Source: a virus. Taken from it: a stretch of DNA of 64,000 nt. The notes below the pieces were generated by a model, which ran no database searches, was not told the DNA's origin, and worked only from the letters and a program-made list of their open reading frames with translations. This document shows positions 1-9,851 of the stretch, one piece after another. Location of the stretch: positions 32,001-96,000 of the IMG/VR virus record IMGVR_UViG_3300035670_000035; one strand, written 5' to 3'. The position numbers were made by a program, and so were the translations under genes. How positions within the stretch are numbered: the stretch's first letter is position 1; each line of letters begins with the position of its first letter.

Positions 1-807
1 AACTCCAGAAATTTTAATTGCGTCAATTAATTTATTTAAGTTTAACCAGTTCGCAATCCTTTTCCTGCCAGTAGTTGAACCGAATTCCTGACCAGCTTCA
101 ATCAGCATACTTAATTCTGAATCTTCCCAAAGACTTTCTGGGAATAAAGGATCTACTCCACTTTTAGTATCATATATCTTTGCTACTCCAATAATGTCTC
201 TAATCTTTTTAGGGGAAAAACCTAAAGAGCAAGCAGAATAAGGTAAAGTCTCACTACTTGTAACGTATGGATAATCGCCATAATTTATATCAAGCCAAAA
301 ACTTTGCGCTCCTTCACATAAAATGTTACCATAAAGCTCACCATCCCAAAGATATTGTTTATCAATATAATCTCTAGCGAGTTTGCCTACTCTTAGCATC
401 TTATCTCCATAAGCAGGAGCAATACCTTGACCAGTTGTTCCTAATTTCTTTTTAAGAACTTGAAGATCATATTGAATGTGTTTCTCTGTAATGATATGAG
501 CTTTTGGACTAATTTTAATTAGAGATGTGTCAAAACCTTCTTTTTTAAGATAGTCTATTTCATCAAAAAATTTATCAACATTAACAACGCAATTAGGACC
601 AATTAGACTAAGTTTATTTTTAAATACTCCGCATGGTATAATATGAGTTTTATATTTTTTATCATTTATATAAACTGTGTGTCCAGCATTAGGTCCACCA
701 TTCCAACGACAAACAATATCATAGTTTTTAGCTATAGCATTACTAATCTTGCCTTTTCCTTCATCTCCCCAAGCTAAACCGAAAATAATATCTATGTAAT
801 TAACCAT
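1..807 (-). CDS. purA: Adenylosuccinate synthetase (runs off the window start; not in the ORF track)
   Basis: Manual translation from ATG at 807: MVNYIDIIFGLAWGDEGKGK (P-loop), RWNGGPNAGHT, LGTTGQGIAPAYGDK, FWLEGAQSF, EFGSTTGRKR; open frame to position 1. Confidence 0.95.
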   Translation of the reverse strand, partial: MVNYIDIIFGLAWGDEGKGKISNAIAKNYDIVCRWNGGPNAGHTVYINDKKYKTHIIPCGVFKNKLSLIGPNCVVNVDKFFDEIDYLKKEGFDTSLIKISPKAHIITEKHIQYDLQVLKKKLGTTGQGIAPAYGDKMLRVGKLARDYIDKQYLWDGELYGNILCEGAQSFWLDINYGDYPYVTSSETLPYSACSLGFSPKKIRDIIGVAKIYDTKSGVDPLFPESLWEDSELSMLIEAGQEFGSTTGRKRIANWLNLNKLIDAIKISGV

Positions 808-1051
808 TTTTAGTTTTATAGGCTTCTTCTAAATAATTAACTAATAATTTTTTACAAAAATTATAACCATCTTTACCGCAACAATGTTTAAATTTTTTTC
901 CTTCTATTGAACAAATATCATTTCTACCAATTTTTGGTGCCATTCTATGGATTGGCGCTCCAACATAAGCTCTTACATATGGATTTTCTATTTGATTAAA
1001 ATCAAATTTAACTTCTGGTGCTTGTCCAGATACTTGTTCATTATTTTCCAT
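800..1051 (-). CDS. Small SEC-C motif protein
   Basis: KIGRNDICSIEGKKFKHCCG resembles the SecA C-terminal motif (GRNDPCPCGSGKKYKxC). Confidence 0.7.
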   Translation of the reverse strand: MENNEQVSGQAPEVKFDFNQIENPYVRAYVGAPIHRMAPKIGRNDICSIEGKKFKHCCGKDGYNFCKKLLVNYLEEAYKTKNG

Positions 1052-1052
1052 A

Positions 1053-1265
1053 TTATGGATACTCTATTGATGGAGACCTAAGATCGAAAATTGAAACATC
1101 TTTGGTTTCTCCATTAACTGATTTAATTTTTACATTACTATCATCAATTACAGACTCAACAAGTCCATAATAATATTCATTTTTAATATAATCCGTTATT
1201 ACAACCATTTTTCTACCTATAATTCTCTTAAGAATATTTAATTTAAGTGGATTTTGTTTCTTCAT
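1053..1265 (-). CDS. Hypothetical small beta-rich protein
   Basis: 70-aa ORF tightly packed in the operon; no recognised motif. Confidence 0.55.
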   Translation of the reverse strand: MKKQNPLKLNILKRIIGRKMVVITDYIKNEYYYGLVESVIDDSNVKIKSVNGETKDVSIFDLRSPSIEYP

Positions 1266-1297
1266 TATTAATATGATATCTGATATTTAGATTATCG

Positions 1298-1972
1298 TCA
1301 ATCTATTTTATGTAATTTAATATTATTTTTTAGGTCTATGGTGATAAAGGTGGCCTCTTTCTCACAGAAGCTTCCAGTATTTATGTATTTATCACTAAAA
1401 TCTGATATGTGAGTATGTCCACATATAATCTTATCATATCCATTTAAGTCTATATATTTAATGGCATTTATCTTTATATCAGAGCTTTTTTCTATAAAAT
1501 CATTTGTCCTGTGTTTAAAGAACTTAAAGAATTCATTACTATATGGAGTATAATGTCTTAAAATGTAATAACATTTAATGATAAGATTAGTTATCCATTT
1601 GAATTTTGTAAAATAGATATCAAAAATATCTCCATGAACAACTAATATCTTATCATCGTTTATATTGATAACAAATTCGTCTTTACAATCAAATCCTAAA
1701 AGGATACTCATAAATTCCGCCTTAAGAAAACAATGATTGCCAATCAGATATATTACTTTATGTTTTTTTGAGAGCTTTCTGAATTTAGATAAAACTTTCC
1801 AATGAACCTTATTTAGGCGATTTAAATTGTGGTGATCAAAAAGATCACCAGCAATAATTAATGTTTTTGCTTTATATTTTTTTAAAACTTTTAATAAGGT
1901 ATCAGCCTTGCAATCTTTATCGCCAAGATGAATATCAGAAACTATTAAATATTTGTAAACATCTTTAGCCAT
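1298..1972 (-). CDS. Calcineurin-like metallophosphoesterase, LpxH/UDP-2,3-diacylglucosamine hydrolase-like
   Basis: Motifs SDIHLG, AGDLFD, GNH, HGD, CGHTH, NTGS. Confidence 0.8.
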   Translation of the reverse strand: MAKDVYKYLIVSDIHLGDKDCKADTLLKVLKKYKAKTLIIAGDLFDHHNLNRLNKVHWKVLSKFRKLSKKHKVIYLIGNHCFLKAEFMSILLGFDCKDEFVININDDKILVVHGDIFDIYFTKFKWITNLIIKCYYILRHYTPYSNEFFKFFKHRTNDFIEKSSDIKINAIKYIDLNGYDKIICGHTHISDFSDKYINTGSFCEKEATFITIDLKNNIKLHKID

Positions 1973-3078
1973 TATTTTCCATGAGCAAAACTCTCATACA
2001 TGTTATTTGCGGTTGTTCTGACAGCGATTATTTTACCAGTCCATAAACCGCCACGCATTTCTTCAATAGATCTAAAACCAAGATAACTCATAGCGCTTCT
2101 TAAACCATTGGTAAAATCGTAAACAACATCTTCTATTGATTTGTCTTGAATTAAAGGTATCATAGTCTTATCTCCCTCTACGAAAAGATTCTTTTTGCTT
2201 CCATCGTAGAGTTCATAATCTTCAACTACATCTTTACTAGCCATACCTCTATATACAGCAAATAGTTTTCCATCTTTTTCTACTATGTTTTCTTCATCAA
2301 CTACATCGCTTAGTCCAGCGAATATTCTGCCACAAATAACTCCGTCTGCTCCACTAGCGATAGCTTTAGCCAAATCTCTTGGATTTCTAATTCCACCATC
2401 GGCTAGTATACTTGGCCTATTTTCTTCTCTTGGATTTTCTTGTCTGAAATGATCTAAATTTCCTAGTTGATAGTTCCTGACCGCATTCCAAGCATAAGAT
2501 AAACCAGTGACACTTGGGCATCCAATTCCAGTTTTAATTTGTGTCAAACACATACTGCCTGGACCTATAAGGTGTCTAAAACCATCTGCTCTTAGATTAG
2601 CTAATCTATGAACGCTCGCTTTTGTTAGTGTATTGCCAACTATGATATCTTGTTTATATTTTGATTGTTTATACCAAATCAAAAAATCTTCAACACTCTT
2701 GGCTAATCCATTTGCTGTATCTAAGAAAAATATATCAGTATACTTTGAAAGACCTTCGATTCTTTCTGAAGCATCCTTTAGTCCTATTGCAGATATTGAT
2801 CTTCCACTTTCATCCTTAATCTTTTTTGCTTTTAAAGCTTGTTCTTCTATTGACATAAATCTATGAAGAACACCAGCGCAACCAATTTTATTTACTTTTA
2901 TGCATGACTTTACAGAAGAGACAGTATCCATAGGAGATAGCACTATGGGTATATCAATATAGTTATTTTTAGAAATCTTTGCTCTAGTGCTTACTTCTTT
3001 TCTTGAATTTATATTTGAAAAATTAGGAAGTAAGGATATATCATCGTAACCGATAGCTTCTTTAAGAATAATCTGCAT
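1972..3078 (-). CDS. IMPDH/GMP reductase family oxidoreductase without CBS domains; more GMP-reductase-like
   Basis: YDDISLLP, SPMDTV, IGPGSMCLTQ (catalytic Cys), ADGGIRNPRDLAKAIASGAD, YRGMAS..VEG; the flap lacks the Arg-Tyr dyad typical of IMPDH. Confidence 0.85.
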   Translation of the reverse strand: MQIILKEAIGYDDISLLPNFSNINSRKEVSTRAKISKNNYIDIPIVLSPMDTVSSVKSCIKVNKIGCAGVLHRFMSIEEQALKAKKIKDESGRSISAIGLKDASERIEGLSKYTDIFFLDTANGLAKSVEDFLIWYKQSKYKQDIIVGNTLTKASVHRLANLRADGFRHLIGPGSMCLTQIKTGIGCPSVTGLSYAWNAVRNYQLGNLDHFRQENPREENRPSILADGGIRNPRDLAKAIASGADGVICGRIFAGLSDVVDEENIVEKDGKLFAVYRGMASKDVVEDYELYDGSKKNLFVEGDKTMIPLIQDKSIEDVVYDFTNGLRSAMSYLGFRSIEEMRGGLWTGKIIAVRTTANNMYESFAHGK

Positions 3079-3101
3079 TCTAATATACTAAAACAAATCT
3101 A

Positions 3102-3893
3102 TTAATTAGTCAAGATATTTTTACCATTTTGTATTAGAGCATTTTTACTTCTCATAGCGTGAACTATTGCTGGGTTTATCATAATCTTTTCGAGTGTCAT
3201 GTATGAGACCCATTCCCAATATCTATCTTGAGGAATTATTTCATTAAAATTATTAGTCCAATCAGATGCCCAATAATTAAAATATTTTTCTGCAAATCTA
3301 TTTGATATATTTTTACTAACTAGATGAGATATATATCCTATTGATATTTCGTCTGGAGCAATATGATTTTTTGATTTTAAAAAATTATGAGATTCAAAAG
3401 CTAATTCAAAAGCCTTTGTAGCAAAATCTTTTTTGCAAATCCAAAATCCACCGTTAGTATTTCTTATTTCTTCAGATTTAACTCCTAATTCTCTAAAATA
3501 TTTTATTAGATCTTGATTCTTTATACCCCACCAATCTTGTCGTAGAGTTTTAAAAGAATTAATTGGACTTTCTAAAAATGAATGCCAATCATCTCCATTT
3601 AAAATTTCTTCTATACTTAAATCTGGCTTTCTTATAAAGAAATGATCTGCGTCAATAAAAACAAACGTATCGTAATCTAATTTAGATATCTCTTTCAAAT
3701 AGTAAAATTTAAAAAACCAGAGCCTATCTAATTCTATAGAATTAATAAGATCATGATTTTGCGCGTACTTAAGTTTTATATCTGAAAATACATGAAAATC
3801 ATCTGTCATTCCAACATCATTAAAAGATTTTAATAAAGATTGAAGTATATAGCTATATCTGCCCCAAGCTACAGACCAATAACAAACTTTCAT
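3102..3893 (-). CDS. GT-A fold nucleotide-diphospho-sugar transferase
   Basis: FVFIDADHFF (DxD), NGGFWI, PDEISI, late VHAM. Confidence 0.7.
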   Translation of the reverse strand: MKVCYWSVAWGRYSYILQSLLKSFNDVGMTDDFHVFSDIKLKYAQNHDLINSIELDRLWFFKFYYLKEISKLDYDTFVFIDADHFFIRKPDLSIEEILNGDDWHSFLESPINSFKTLRQDWWGIKNQDLIKYFRELGVKSEEIRNTNGGFWICKKDFATKAFELAFESHNFLKSKNHIAPDEISIGYISHLVSKNISNRFAEKYFNYWASDWTNNFNEIIPQDRYWEWVSYMTLEKIMINPAIVHAMRSKNALIQNGKNILTN

Positions 3894-3896
3894 GAA

Positions 3897-4925
3897 TTAG
3901 ATCACTTTATCAAAAATATTTTCTAAGATTGATAATTGTTTACTTGCATCACACCATTTTTCTTTAGTTATCTCGCTCGCTTTTTTTCCCATCTCTTTTC
4001 TTAACAAGAAATTTTGTTCTAATTCTCTTGCATAATATTCAAGTTCTTCTTTAGTATTCCATAAAAACCCTGTTTCTTTATCTAAGATTTGGTTTGGAAA
4101 ATTATATTTATTTGGGGCAATAACTGGAAGGCCACTTAATAGAGCTTCTATGATAGCTCTGCTTTGATTTTCTACGAATGATTCATGGCTATTATAGACA
4201 TAGGCATCTAAAGAGTTTAAAAAATTAGAAGTTGGTTCTTCGTTAGGTTCTAATAATTCCCATTTTTCATTAAAATCAAACCATTTAAATCTACTTTTAA
4301 ATAGTCTATCTATTCCCATTACTTTATAATTTGGATTTTTTAAATTTAAATTAGTATAAAATAACGGAAAATCATCAGAAAATTTTAATGGATCAGGTCT
4401 ACTATGTTTACCAATGGTAAAAGTTTCTTTTTTTTGCCTTTCAAAGAAATTATAAGAATCTGGATCAAAGTAATTTGGAATTATAAATTCTTTTGTGTTT
4501 TTACGTATACTTTTTGATGATAATTTAGATTTATGAAATTCACTTGTATATAGATATGCATCAACCATTTTTTCTTCAACATTCTTAATTTCTGCTTCAG
4601 AGTTCCAAGTCATATCATTTGACCAAACAAATTTTAATCCCATGTCTTTTATCTTTTTTATTCTCCAATCTTCTGAGAATAGTCTAAAATTACAGAACGC
4701 TAATGCTATACCTTCGGCTTTTTTAGGCAAGCATTTCCAACTAGTATAATCTATATTATTTTCATGTAAAAATTCTATATTTTTTTTCTCTAAAAATCTT
4801 ATGTCGTCATTAGGTATACAGCGTACATTATATTTTTTATTTTTACCTAATAATTTAAGTAAATCTTTTAATCTTGTGTCTGCGCCTCCAAGATCAGAAA
4901 TCCATTGAAATACGTATATATTCAT
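3897..4925 (-). CDS. GT4-like (GT-B) glycosyltransferase
   Basis: N-terminal GGADT, C-terminal ENQSRAIIEALLSGLPVIA and ETGFL. Confidence 0.85.
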   Translation of the reverse strand: MNIYVFQWISDLGGADTRLKDLLKLLGKNKKYNVRCIPNDDIRFLEKKNIEFLHENNIDYTSWKCLPKKAEGIALAFCNFRLFSEDWRIKKIKDMGLKFVWSNDMTWNSEAEIKNVEEKMVDAYLYTSEFHKSKLSSKSIRKNTKEFIIPNYFDPDSYNFFERQKKETFTIGKHSRPDPLKFSDDFPLFYTNLNLKNPNYKVMGIDRLFKSRFKWFDFNEKWELLEPNEEPTSNFLNSLDAYVYNSHESFVENQSRAIIEALLSGLPVIAPNKYNFPNQILDKETGFLWNTKEELEYYARELEQNFLLRKEMGKKASEITKEKWCDASKQLSILENIFDKVI

Positions 4926-5215
4926 TAAATTGTAAACAAATGTTTATTATCTTGAAAAAACAATAGATATTTAGCTCCTAAAACTGCTTTTAATTCATTT
5001 ATAACATTTATATTAACTTTTTGATTCAATATTTTATATACTTCAAAAGCCTTATCTTCATTTTGTCTTCTTCTGCAAGAACATCCAGTATATGCTGCGT
5101 CAAGATAATCTTTAATAATTGCCATAGCTGAATCTTTGTATATTATATCTTGATTTGCACTAAGTATATCATAAAAGTGATTCATGTGTGGAATTAATAC
5201 AGTTTTTTCATTCAT
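4925..5215 (-). CDS. Hypothetical protein (GCSCRRR motif)
   Basis: 96-aa ORF, translationally coupled on both sides. Confidence 0.55.
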   Translation of the reverse strand: MNEKTVLIPHMNHFYDILSANQDIIYKDSAMAIIKDYLDAAYTGCSCRRRQNEDKAFEVYKILNQKVNINVINELKAVLGAKYLLFFQDNKHLFTI

Positions 5216-5567
5216 AAATGTACCTCTTTAATACAATATATATTACAATCGAAAACATATAAATTAAAGGAAATATTAGAAAATTTTTAAAAATAAAACA
5301 AGAAAAAAGAGTTAACCAAAAATTTAAGCAATAAGGACAAGAGAAAAGTTTAGTTAAAAAATTAGGATTTTTTATAGTTATAAAATCTATATAAGATATA
5401 TCTGGATTAATTTTTTTGTATTCGTAATATTTATCTATTCTAAATAAAAACCCTAGTCTAAAAAGTTTAAAATATTCTAAAAAAGCATCAGTATGGAACC
5501 ACACTAAAAGTATAAAATTTATCAAAGATATTTGATTTGTAAAATTAATAAAGGTATTGACATCCAT
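5208..5567 (-). CDS. Small membrane protein, DUF1360-like
   Basis: Hydrophobic segments with LFSCPYCLNFWLT (CxxC-x3-W). Confidence 0.6.
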   Translation of the reverse strand: MDVNTFINFTNQISLINFILLVWFHTDAFLEYFKLFRLGFLFRIDKYYEYKKINPDISYIDFITIKNPNFLTKLFSCPYCLNFWLTLFSCFIFKNFLIFPLIYMFSIVIYIVLKRYIYE

Positions 5568-5585
5568 ACATATATATTATATAAT
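5557..5585 (+). promoter_or_regulatory. Sigma70-type promoter for the dCMP deaminase operon
   Basis: TTGACA (5557-5562), 17 nt spacer, TATAAT (5580-5585): perfect consensus. Confidence 0.85.
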
Positions 5586-5608
5586 CTACAAATAGAATAT
5601 TCTATTTA

Positions 5609-6016
5609 ATGAAAGATAAATTTATATTAATGGCTAAAAATATAGCCAATCAAGTATATAAAACATCAGAAGATCCGTATACGAAGGTAAGTGCTGTAGT
5701 ATTAAATAATGAAGGAAGAATATTATCAATAGGATACAATGGCTTGGCTCCTAAGAAAACTGTGAATAGTAAATTTTGGTTAGATCGAGACTATAGAAGA
5801 AAATTCATGATTCATGCAGAAATGAATGCTTTATCCTGTATAAATAGATACGATAATCCTCATGCGATATATATAAATGTATCTCCTTGTAGTTATTGTT
5901 CTAATTTAATTGTCGCCCATAATATTAAAGAAGTATATTATAGTAAAGAATATCCATTAGATACAAACGCTAAAGAGATATTTAAGTTTTATAATATTAA
6001 ATTTATTAAAATATGA
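5609..6016 (+). CDS. dCMP deaminase
   Basis: DPYTKV, IGYNG, HAEMNA and PCSYC zinc motifs. Confidence 0.9.
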   Translation: MKDKFILMAKNIANQVYKTSEDPYTKVSAVVLNNEGRILSIGYNGLAPKKTVNSKFWLDRDYRRKFMIHAEMNALSCINRYDNPHAIYINVSPCSYCSNLIVAHNIKEVYYSKEYPLDTNAKEIFKFYNIKFIKI

Positions 6017-6594
6017 AAATTATAGGCATTTCTGGCGTGGCGACATCTGGCAAAGATACTCTATGTAGTCTTATATCTAGATATTTATCAGAAAAAAATA
6101 TAATAACTAAAAGAGTCGCCTTAGCCGATAAATTAAAAGAAGATCTTAGACCTTTCTTAATAGAAAAGTTTCATGTTGATATAATGAAACCAACAGTAGA
6201 AGAAAAAACTTTAGTAAGGCCAATTTTAGTTTCATATGGAAAAGTAAAAAGAAGTCTAACAAAAGGTAGATATTGGACATCTAAAGTAGATGAGACTATA
6301 CAAAATATGTTAAATAACAAAATTTTACCAATAATTACTGATATAAGATACCACGAATATCCAGAAGATGAATTTTACTGGTTAAAAAATAAAGGTGGAA
6401 TTTTAATACATATATCTAGAGTTGGAATTGATGATAAAATTATACCTCCAGCAAATACCGAAGAAAAAGAAAACGATAAAAGAATAAAAGAAAATGCAGA
6501 CTTTACTTATACTTGGAAAACTCAAGATGATCTAGATTCACTATACTATGAACATATAAAATTTTTGGAGGAAATATATGAAAGAATTAATTGA
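6013..6594 (+). CDS. Deoxynucleoside monophosphate kinase (T4 gp1-like)
   Basis: IIGISGVATSGKDT P-loop, ALADKLK, YW, IITDIRY..E. Confidence 0.8.
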   Translation: MKIIGISGVATSGKDTLCSLISRYLSEKNIITKRVALADKLKEDLRPFLIEKFHVDIMKPTVEEKTLVRPILVSYGKVKRSLTKGRYWTSKVDETIQNMLNNKILPIITDIRYHEYPEDEFYWLKNKGGILIHISRVGIDDKIIPPANTEEKENDKRIKENADFTYTWKTQDDLDSLYYEHIKFLEEIYERIN

Positions 6595-7195
6595 TTATCA
6601 ATATCTAAGTGACACAGATTTAATAAAAAATATTAAATGTAAAAATTGTAATGATTCTATGAAAGAACTTGAAGATAGGCATAGTGGCATTTGTTATAGT
6701 ATGATTAAGAAATATTATAATACTATGAGTTCTATTGGTATTGATCCAAACGAGATAGCCAAAGAAAAAGATTATATAATATATAAATCCGCTTTAAATT
6801 TTAATCCAAGTAAAAATATTAAATTTTCTACTTGGGTTGGTAATCAAATGAGATTCCATTGTTTAAATTCTATGAATAAAAATAATAATTTAATATCTAT
6901 GGAAACCGATGTTATTAAAAATGTTATAGAAAAAAAACAATTCGAAGTAAGCGATCATTTATTTTCTAATAAAGAGAAAATGGAATTTATTTTTAATCTT
7001 TTAAAACAATTAAAAGATTCTAGAGTAGAGAAAATATTTAGATTAAGATACTTTTCTGAAAGAAAAAATATGTCTTGGAGTAAAATAGGTAAAAAGTTGA
7101 ATATAAGTACCCAGACGGTAATTAATATTCATAATAAAACTATTAACTTTTTAAAAAATAAATTAGAAAGTGATAGTCTTCAAGATACTATATAA
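6578..7195 (+). CDS. Phage sigma70-family RNA polymerase sigma factor (regions 2 and 4)
   Basis: SALNFNPSKNIKFSTWV (region 2.3) and C-terminal HTH IFRLRY...SWSKIGKKLNISTQTVINIHNKTINFLK. Confidence 0.8.
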   Translation: MKELIDYQYLSDTDLIKNIKCKNCNDSMKELEDRHSGICYSMIKKYYNTMSSIGIDPNEIAKEKDYIIYKSALNFNPSKNIKFSTWVGNQMRFHCLNSMNKNNNLISMETDVIKNVIEKKQFEVSDHLFSNKEKMEFIFNLLKQLKDSRVEKIFRLRYFSERKNMSWSKIGKKLNISTQTVINIHNKTINFLKNKLESDSLQDTI

Positions 7196-7211
7196 TAAGG
7201 AGAAATAAATA

Positions 7212-7517
7212 ATGAGTGAAAAACAAAATAATGAATGGGCTAAAAGAGATATTGGAGCCCTATGGAAAAAAGAAGGAAAAAGTCAAAAATTTCTTTCTGG
7301 ATATATTAAAGATGAAACTGGTATGCAAACAGAGGTAGTTATTTTTGCTAATAAGTATAAGCAAGATAATCCTAAAGCTCCAGACTATAGAATATATCTT
7401 TCTACAAAAACAGAACCCGCAACAAAATCTGAAGTAAAAGCTGTAGCAAAAAATACAGTTAAACCTTCTGTAAAGAAAGTAGTTGAAGTAGCACAAGAAG
7501 AAGAAGATCTATTGTGA
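7212..7517 (+). CDS. Small phage protein, DUF736-like
   Basis: IGALWKK..FLSGYI..VVIFANKYK..NPKAPDYRIY pattern with acidic tail; AGGAG RBS upstream. Confidence 0.55.
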   Translation: MSEKQNNEWAKRDIGALWKKEGKSQKFLSGYIKDETGMQTEVVIFANKYKQDNPKAPDYRIYLSTKTEPATKSEVKAVAKNTVKPSVKKVVEVAQEEEDLL

Positions 7518-8608
7518 AGTTAGCTCTTCAGCTACCAGTAAATTCTGTAAGTTTTGGTCAAATTTCGACCATTCTTCTTAGAGAGTTTTTCTCTCAAAAG
7601 AAAATAAATACATCGTTATTTTTAATAGGTAATAATATTGATTTATCTTCTCAGAAGAACATAACTCAGGAATTTGTTGATTGGTTGAATAGTCAATTAA
7701 AAGATACTCTAGCTACTCATAAAAGAACAGATAATGTATTTAAATTGTGGCATTTAAATGGATCATTTGAAAGTATTTCAAATAATCAAACGTTACTTTC
7801 TTTCTATGAATTAGATTCTCCAACAAGAGAAGAAATTAATATTGCAAGGAATCAAAAAAACTTAATTTTTACATCAACATATACCGCGGATGTATTTAAA
7901 CAAAGTGGTTGTGATAATGTAAAATTTGTGCCACTTCCTTTTGATAAATATAATTTTAATGTTACTAATAAAAACTATCACACTGATGATAGGATTGTTT
8001 TTAATCTTTGTGGTAAACTAGAAAAAAGAAAACATCATAAAAAAGTAATAAGAGCATGGGCTAAAAAATATGGAAATAATTCTAAATATTTCTTACAATG
8101 TGCAATATATAATCCATTTATAAAACCAGAAGATCAGCAAAAACTTATTTTTGATATGTTAGAGGGAAATAATTATTTTAATATATCATTTTTAGGTCAA
8201 ATGCAGAAAAATGAATTGTATAATGATTATCTAAATAGTTCAAATATCATAATCGGAATGAGTGGTGGTGAAGGTTGGGGTTTACCAGAATTTCAATCCG
8301 TTGCTTTAGGAAAATATGGAGTTATTTTAAATGCTCATGCGTACAAAGACTGGGCAAATAAAGATAATTCTATATTAGTAAATCCATCTGGTAAGATAGA
8401 AGCATATGATAATATGTTCTTTCAAAAAGGATCAATTTTTAATCAAGGTAATATTTTTGATTTTAATGAAGATGATTTTATTTCTGCTTGTGAAATTGCT
8501 TGTGAAAAGGTGAGATTAAATAAGATTAATCAAAGTGGGTTGAAATTGCAAGAAAAATTTACAACAGAAAAGTTCATTAGTGATGTACTAAATATAGTAA
8601 ACGAATAA
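7514..8608 (+). CDS. GT4-like glycosyltransferase
   Basis: CGKLEKRKHH, SGGEGWGLPEFQSVALGK. Confidence 0.85.
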   Translation: MKLALQLPVNSVSFGQISTILLREFFSQKKINTSLFLIGNNIDLSSQKNITQEFVDWLNSQLKDTLATHKRTDNVFKLWHLNGSFESISNNQTLLSFYELDSPTREEINIARNQKNLIFTSTYTADVFKQSGCDNVKFVPLPFDKYNFNVTNKNYHTDDRIVFNLCGKLEKRKHHKKVIRAWAKKYGNNSKYFLQCAIYNPFIKPEDQQKLIFDMLEGNNYFNISFLGQMQKNELYNDYLNSSNIIIGMSGGEGWGLPEFQSVALGKYGVILNAHAYKDWANKDNSILVNPSGKIEAYDNMFFQKGSIFNQGNIFDFNEDDFISACEIACEKVRLNKINQSGLKLQEKFTTEKFISDVLNIVNE

Positions 8609-8609
8609 A

Positions 8610-8957
8610 ATGCCAGAATATCTCTACGAACATCCTAAAAATGGTAAAGTTATAAGTATAATCCAAAGTATTCACGACAAACATGAATATGTAGATGAGT
8701 CTGGTTTAAAATGGAATAGGGTATTTACTGCTCCAGAATTGAATACTGAAGGAACATTAAAAGCTGATTGTACTTCTCAACAATTTAGTGAGTATACTGG
8801 AAAAAAGAAAGGTACAATTGGAGATTTATTTGACAGAAGCGCAGAGCTTTCAGAAAAAAGAAAAAAAATTCTTGGTAAAGATCCTCTAAAAGAAAAATAT
8901 TTTAAAAGTTGGAGCAAGAAAAGAAAAGGCAAAAGACATCCTTTAGATAGAGATTAA
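8610..8957 (+). CDS. FmdB-like protein lacking the zinc-ribbon cysteines
   Basis: MPEYLYEHPKNG..ISIIQSI..WNRVFTAP mirrors MPxYxYxCxxCG...RxxSxP. Confidence 0.5.
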   Translation: MPEYLYEHPKNGKVISIIQSIHDKHEYVDESGLKWNRVFTAPELNTEGTLKADCTSQQFSEYTGKKKGTIGDLFDRSAELSEKRKKILGKDPLKEKYFKSWSKKRKGKRHPLDRD

Positions 8958-9469
8958 TACCAAACTTCATTGTGTATTCTTCTTAATACTTTTATCCAAT
9001 CTTTTAAATGATACGAAACTTCATCTTTCTGAGCAACTTCAAAACCATTCTTGGCTATATTATAATAAACAGTTTCGGATGGATACGATCTTCTTATTTT
9101 TTCTAAACTTTTATAAAAAAATCCTAAAAATACAAGAACAGATTTAGCTGTATCTTCGTTATGTTCTAAAGTAAAAAAATATTTATTTTGTAAAGGCGTT
9201 TCTATTAAATCGTAAAATTTTGATCCTACTGCTTCTGATATATATTCTTTTTCTTCAAATGAACATTTTATATCTTTACTATATTTAATTATGGTAAGTT
9301 CTGCAAATACTGGAAAGCTAATATCTACAATTCCATTAATATCTTCTTCTGATATTTTATTTAAAATTTCTGGTAAACAATCTGGATCTTGTATAAGTAA
9401 GAAGGTTTTCTCTGGCGATAAACCTAATTTTTTTGCGAAAAAATCTATATCTCTTTCCGAAACCCTCAC
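8954..9469 (-). CDS. Hypothetical protein
   Basis: 171-aa ORF downstream of nrdAB on the same strand. Confidence 0.6.
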   Translation of the reverse strand: MRVSERDIDFFAKKLGLSPEKTFLLIQDPDCLPEILNKISEEDINGIVDISFPVFAELTIIKYSKDIKCSFEEKEYISEAVGSKFYDLIETPLQNKYFFTLEHNEDTAKSVLVFLGFFYKSLEKIRRSYPSETVYYNIAKNGFEVAQKDEVSYHLKDWIKVLRRIHNEVWY

Positions 9470-9483
9470 ATTAGTTATTACAA

Positions 9484-9822
9484 CTAATTTTTATTTTTAT
9501 TCATTAAATATTGTTGAATTGTTTCAAAGTTACGATCGAGTTTAGCTTCTAATCTATCAAAATAAGCTTCAAAAGATTCTTTTGTGACATAAGTAGTGCT
9601 TACTTTTAGTGCTAAATCCGCTATCTCTTGCTGATGTTTACGGCTTTCTAATTCTACTTCTTTTCTTAAAGCTATAAAATCACTAAAGGTTTTATCATTT
9701 AAATCTTTAATAAGTCTCTCTTGACGATCAGATATGGAGAATACTCTAGTAAAAAGCCATCCACCAAGAAATGATAGAGCCCCTAGAACAAGGTTAAATA
9801 CTGTTACTATATCTAAATTCAC
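9484..9822 (-). CDS. Membrane-anchored coiled-coil protein
   Basis: N-terminal TM helix (VFNLVLGALSFLGGWLF) followed by heptad-like helix; GTG start. Confidence 0.6.
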   Translation of the reverse strand: MNLDIVTVFNLVLGALSFLGGWLFTRVFSISDRQERLIKDLNDKTFSDFIALRKEVELESRKHQQEIADLALKVSTTYVTKESFEAYFDRLEAKLDRNFETIQQYLMNKNKN

Positions 9823-9830
9823 ACATATAT

Positions 9831-9836
9831 TTACAC
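9831..9836 (-). promoter_or_regulatory. GTGTAA motif (candidate phage late promoter)
   Basis: GTGTAAATATA on the minus strand, 8 nt upstream of the start at 9822. Confidence 0.55.
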
Positions 9837-9851
9837 TTTAAATATTAGATA

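Noticed and set aside
1-807. PurZ (2-aminoadenine, Z-genome)
   Set aside because: The P-loop is GDEGKG with the PurA catalytic Asp; PurZ has Ser there (GSTGKG). No datZ/mazZ is seen in the window.
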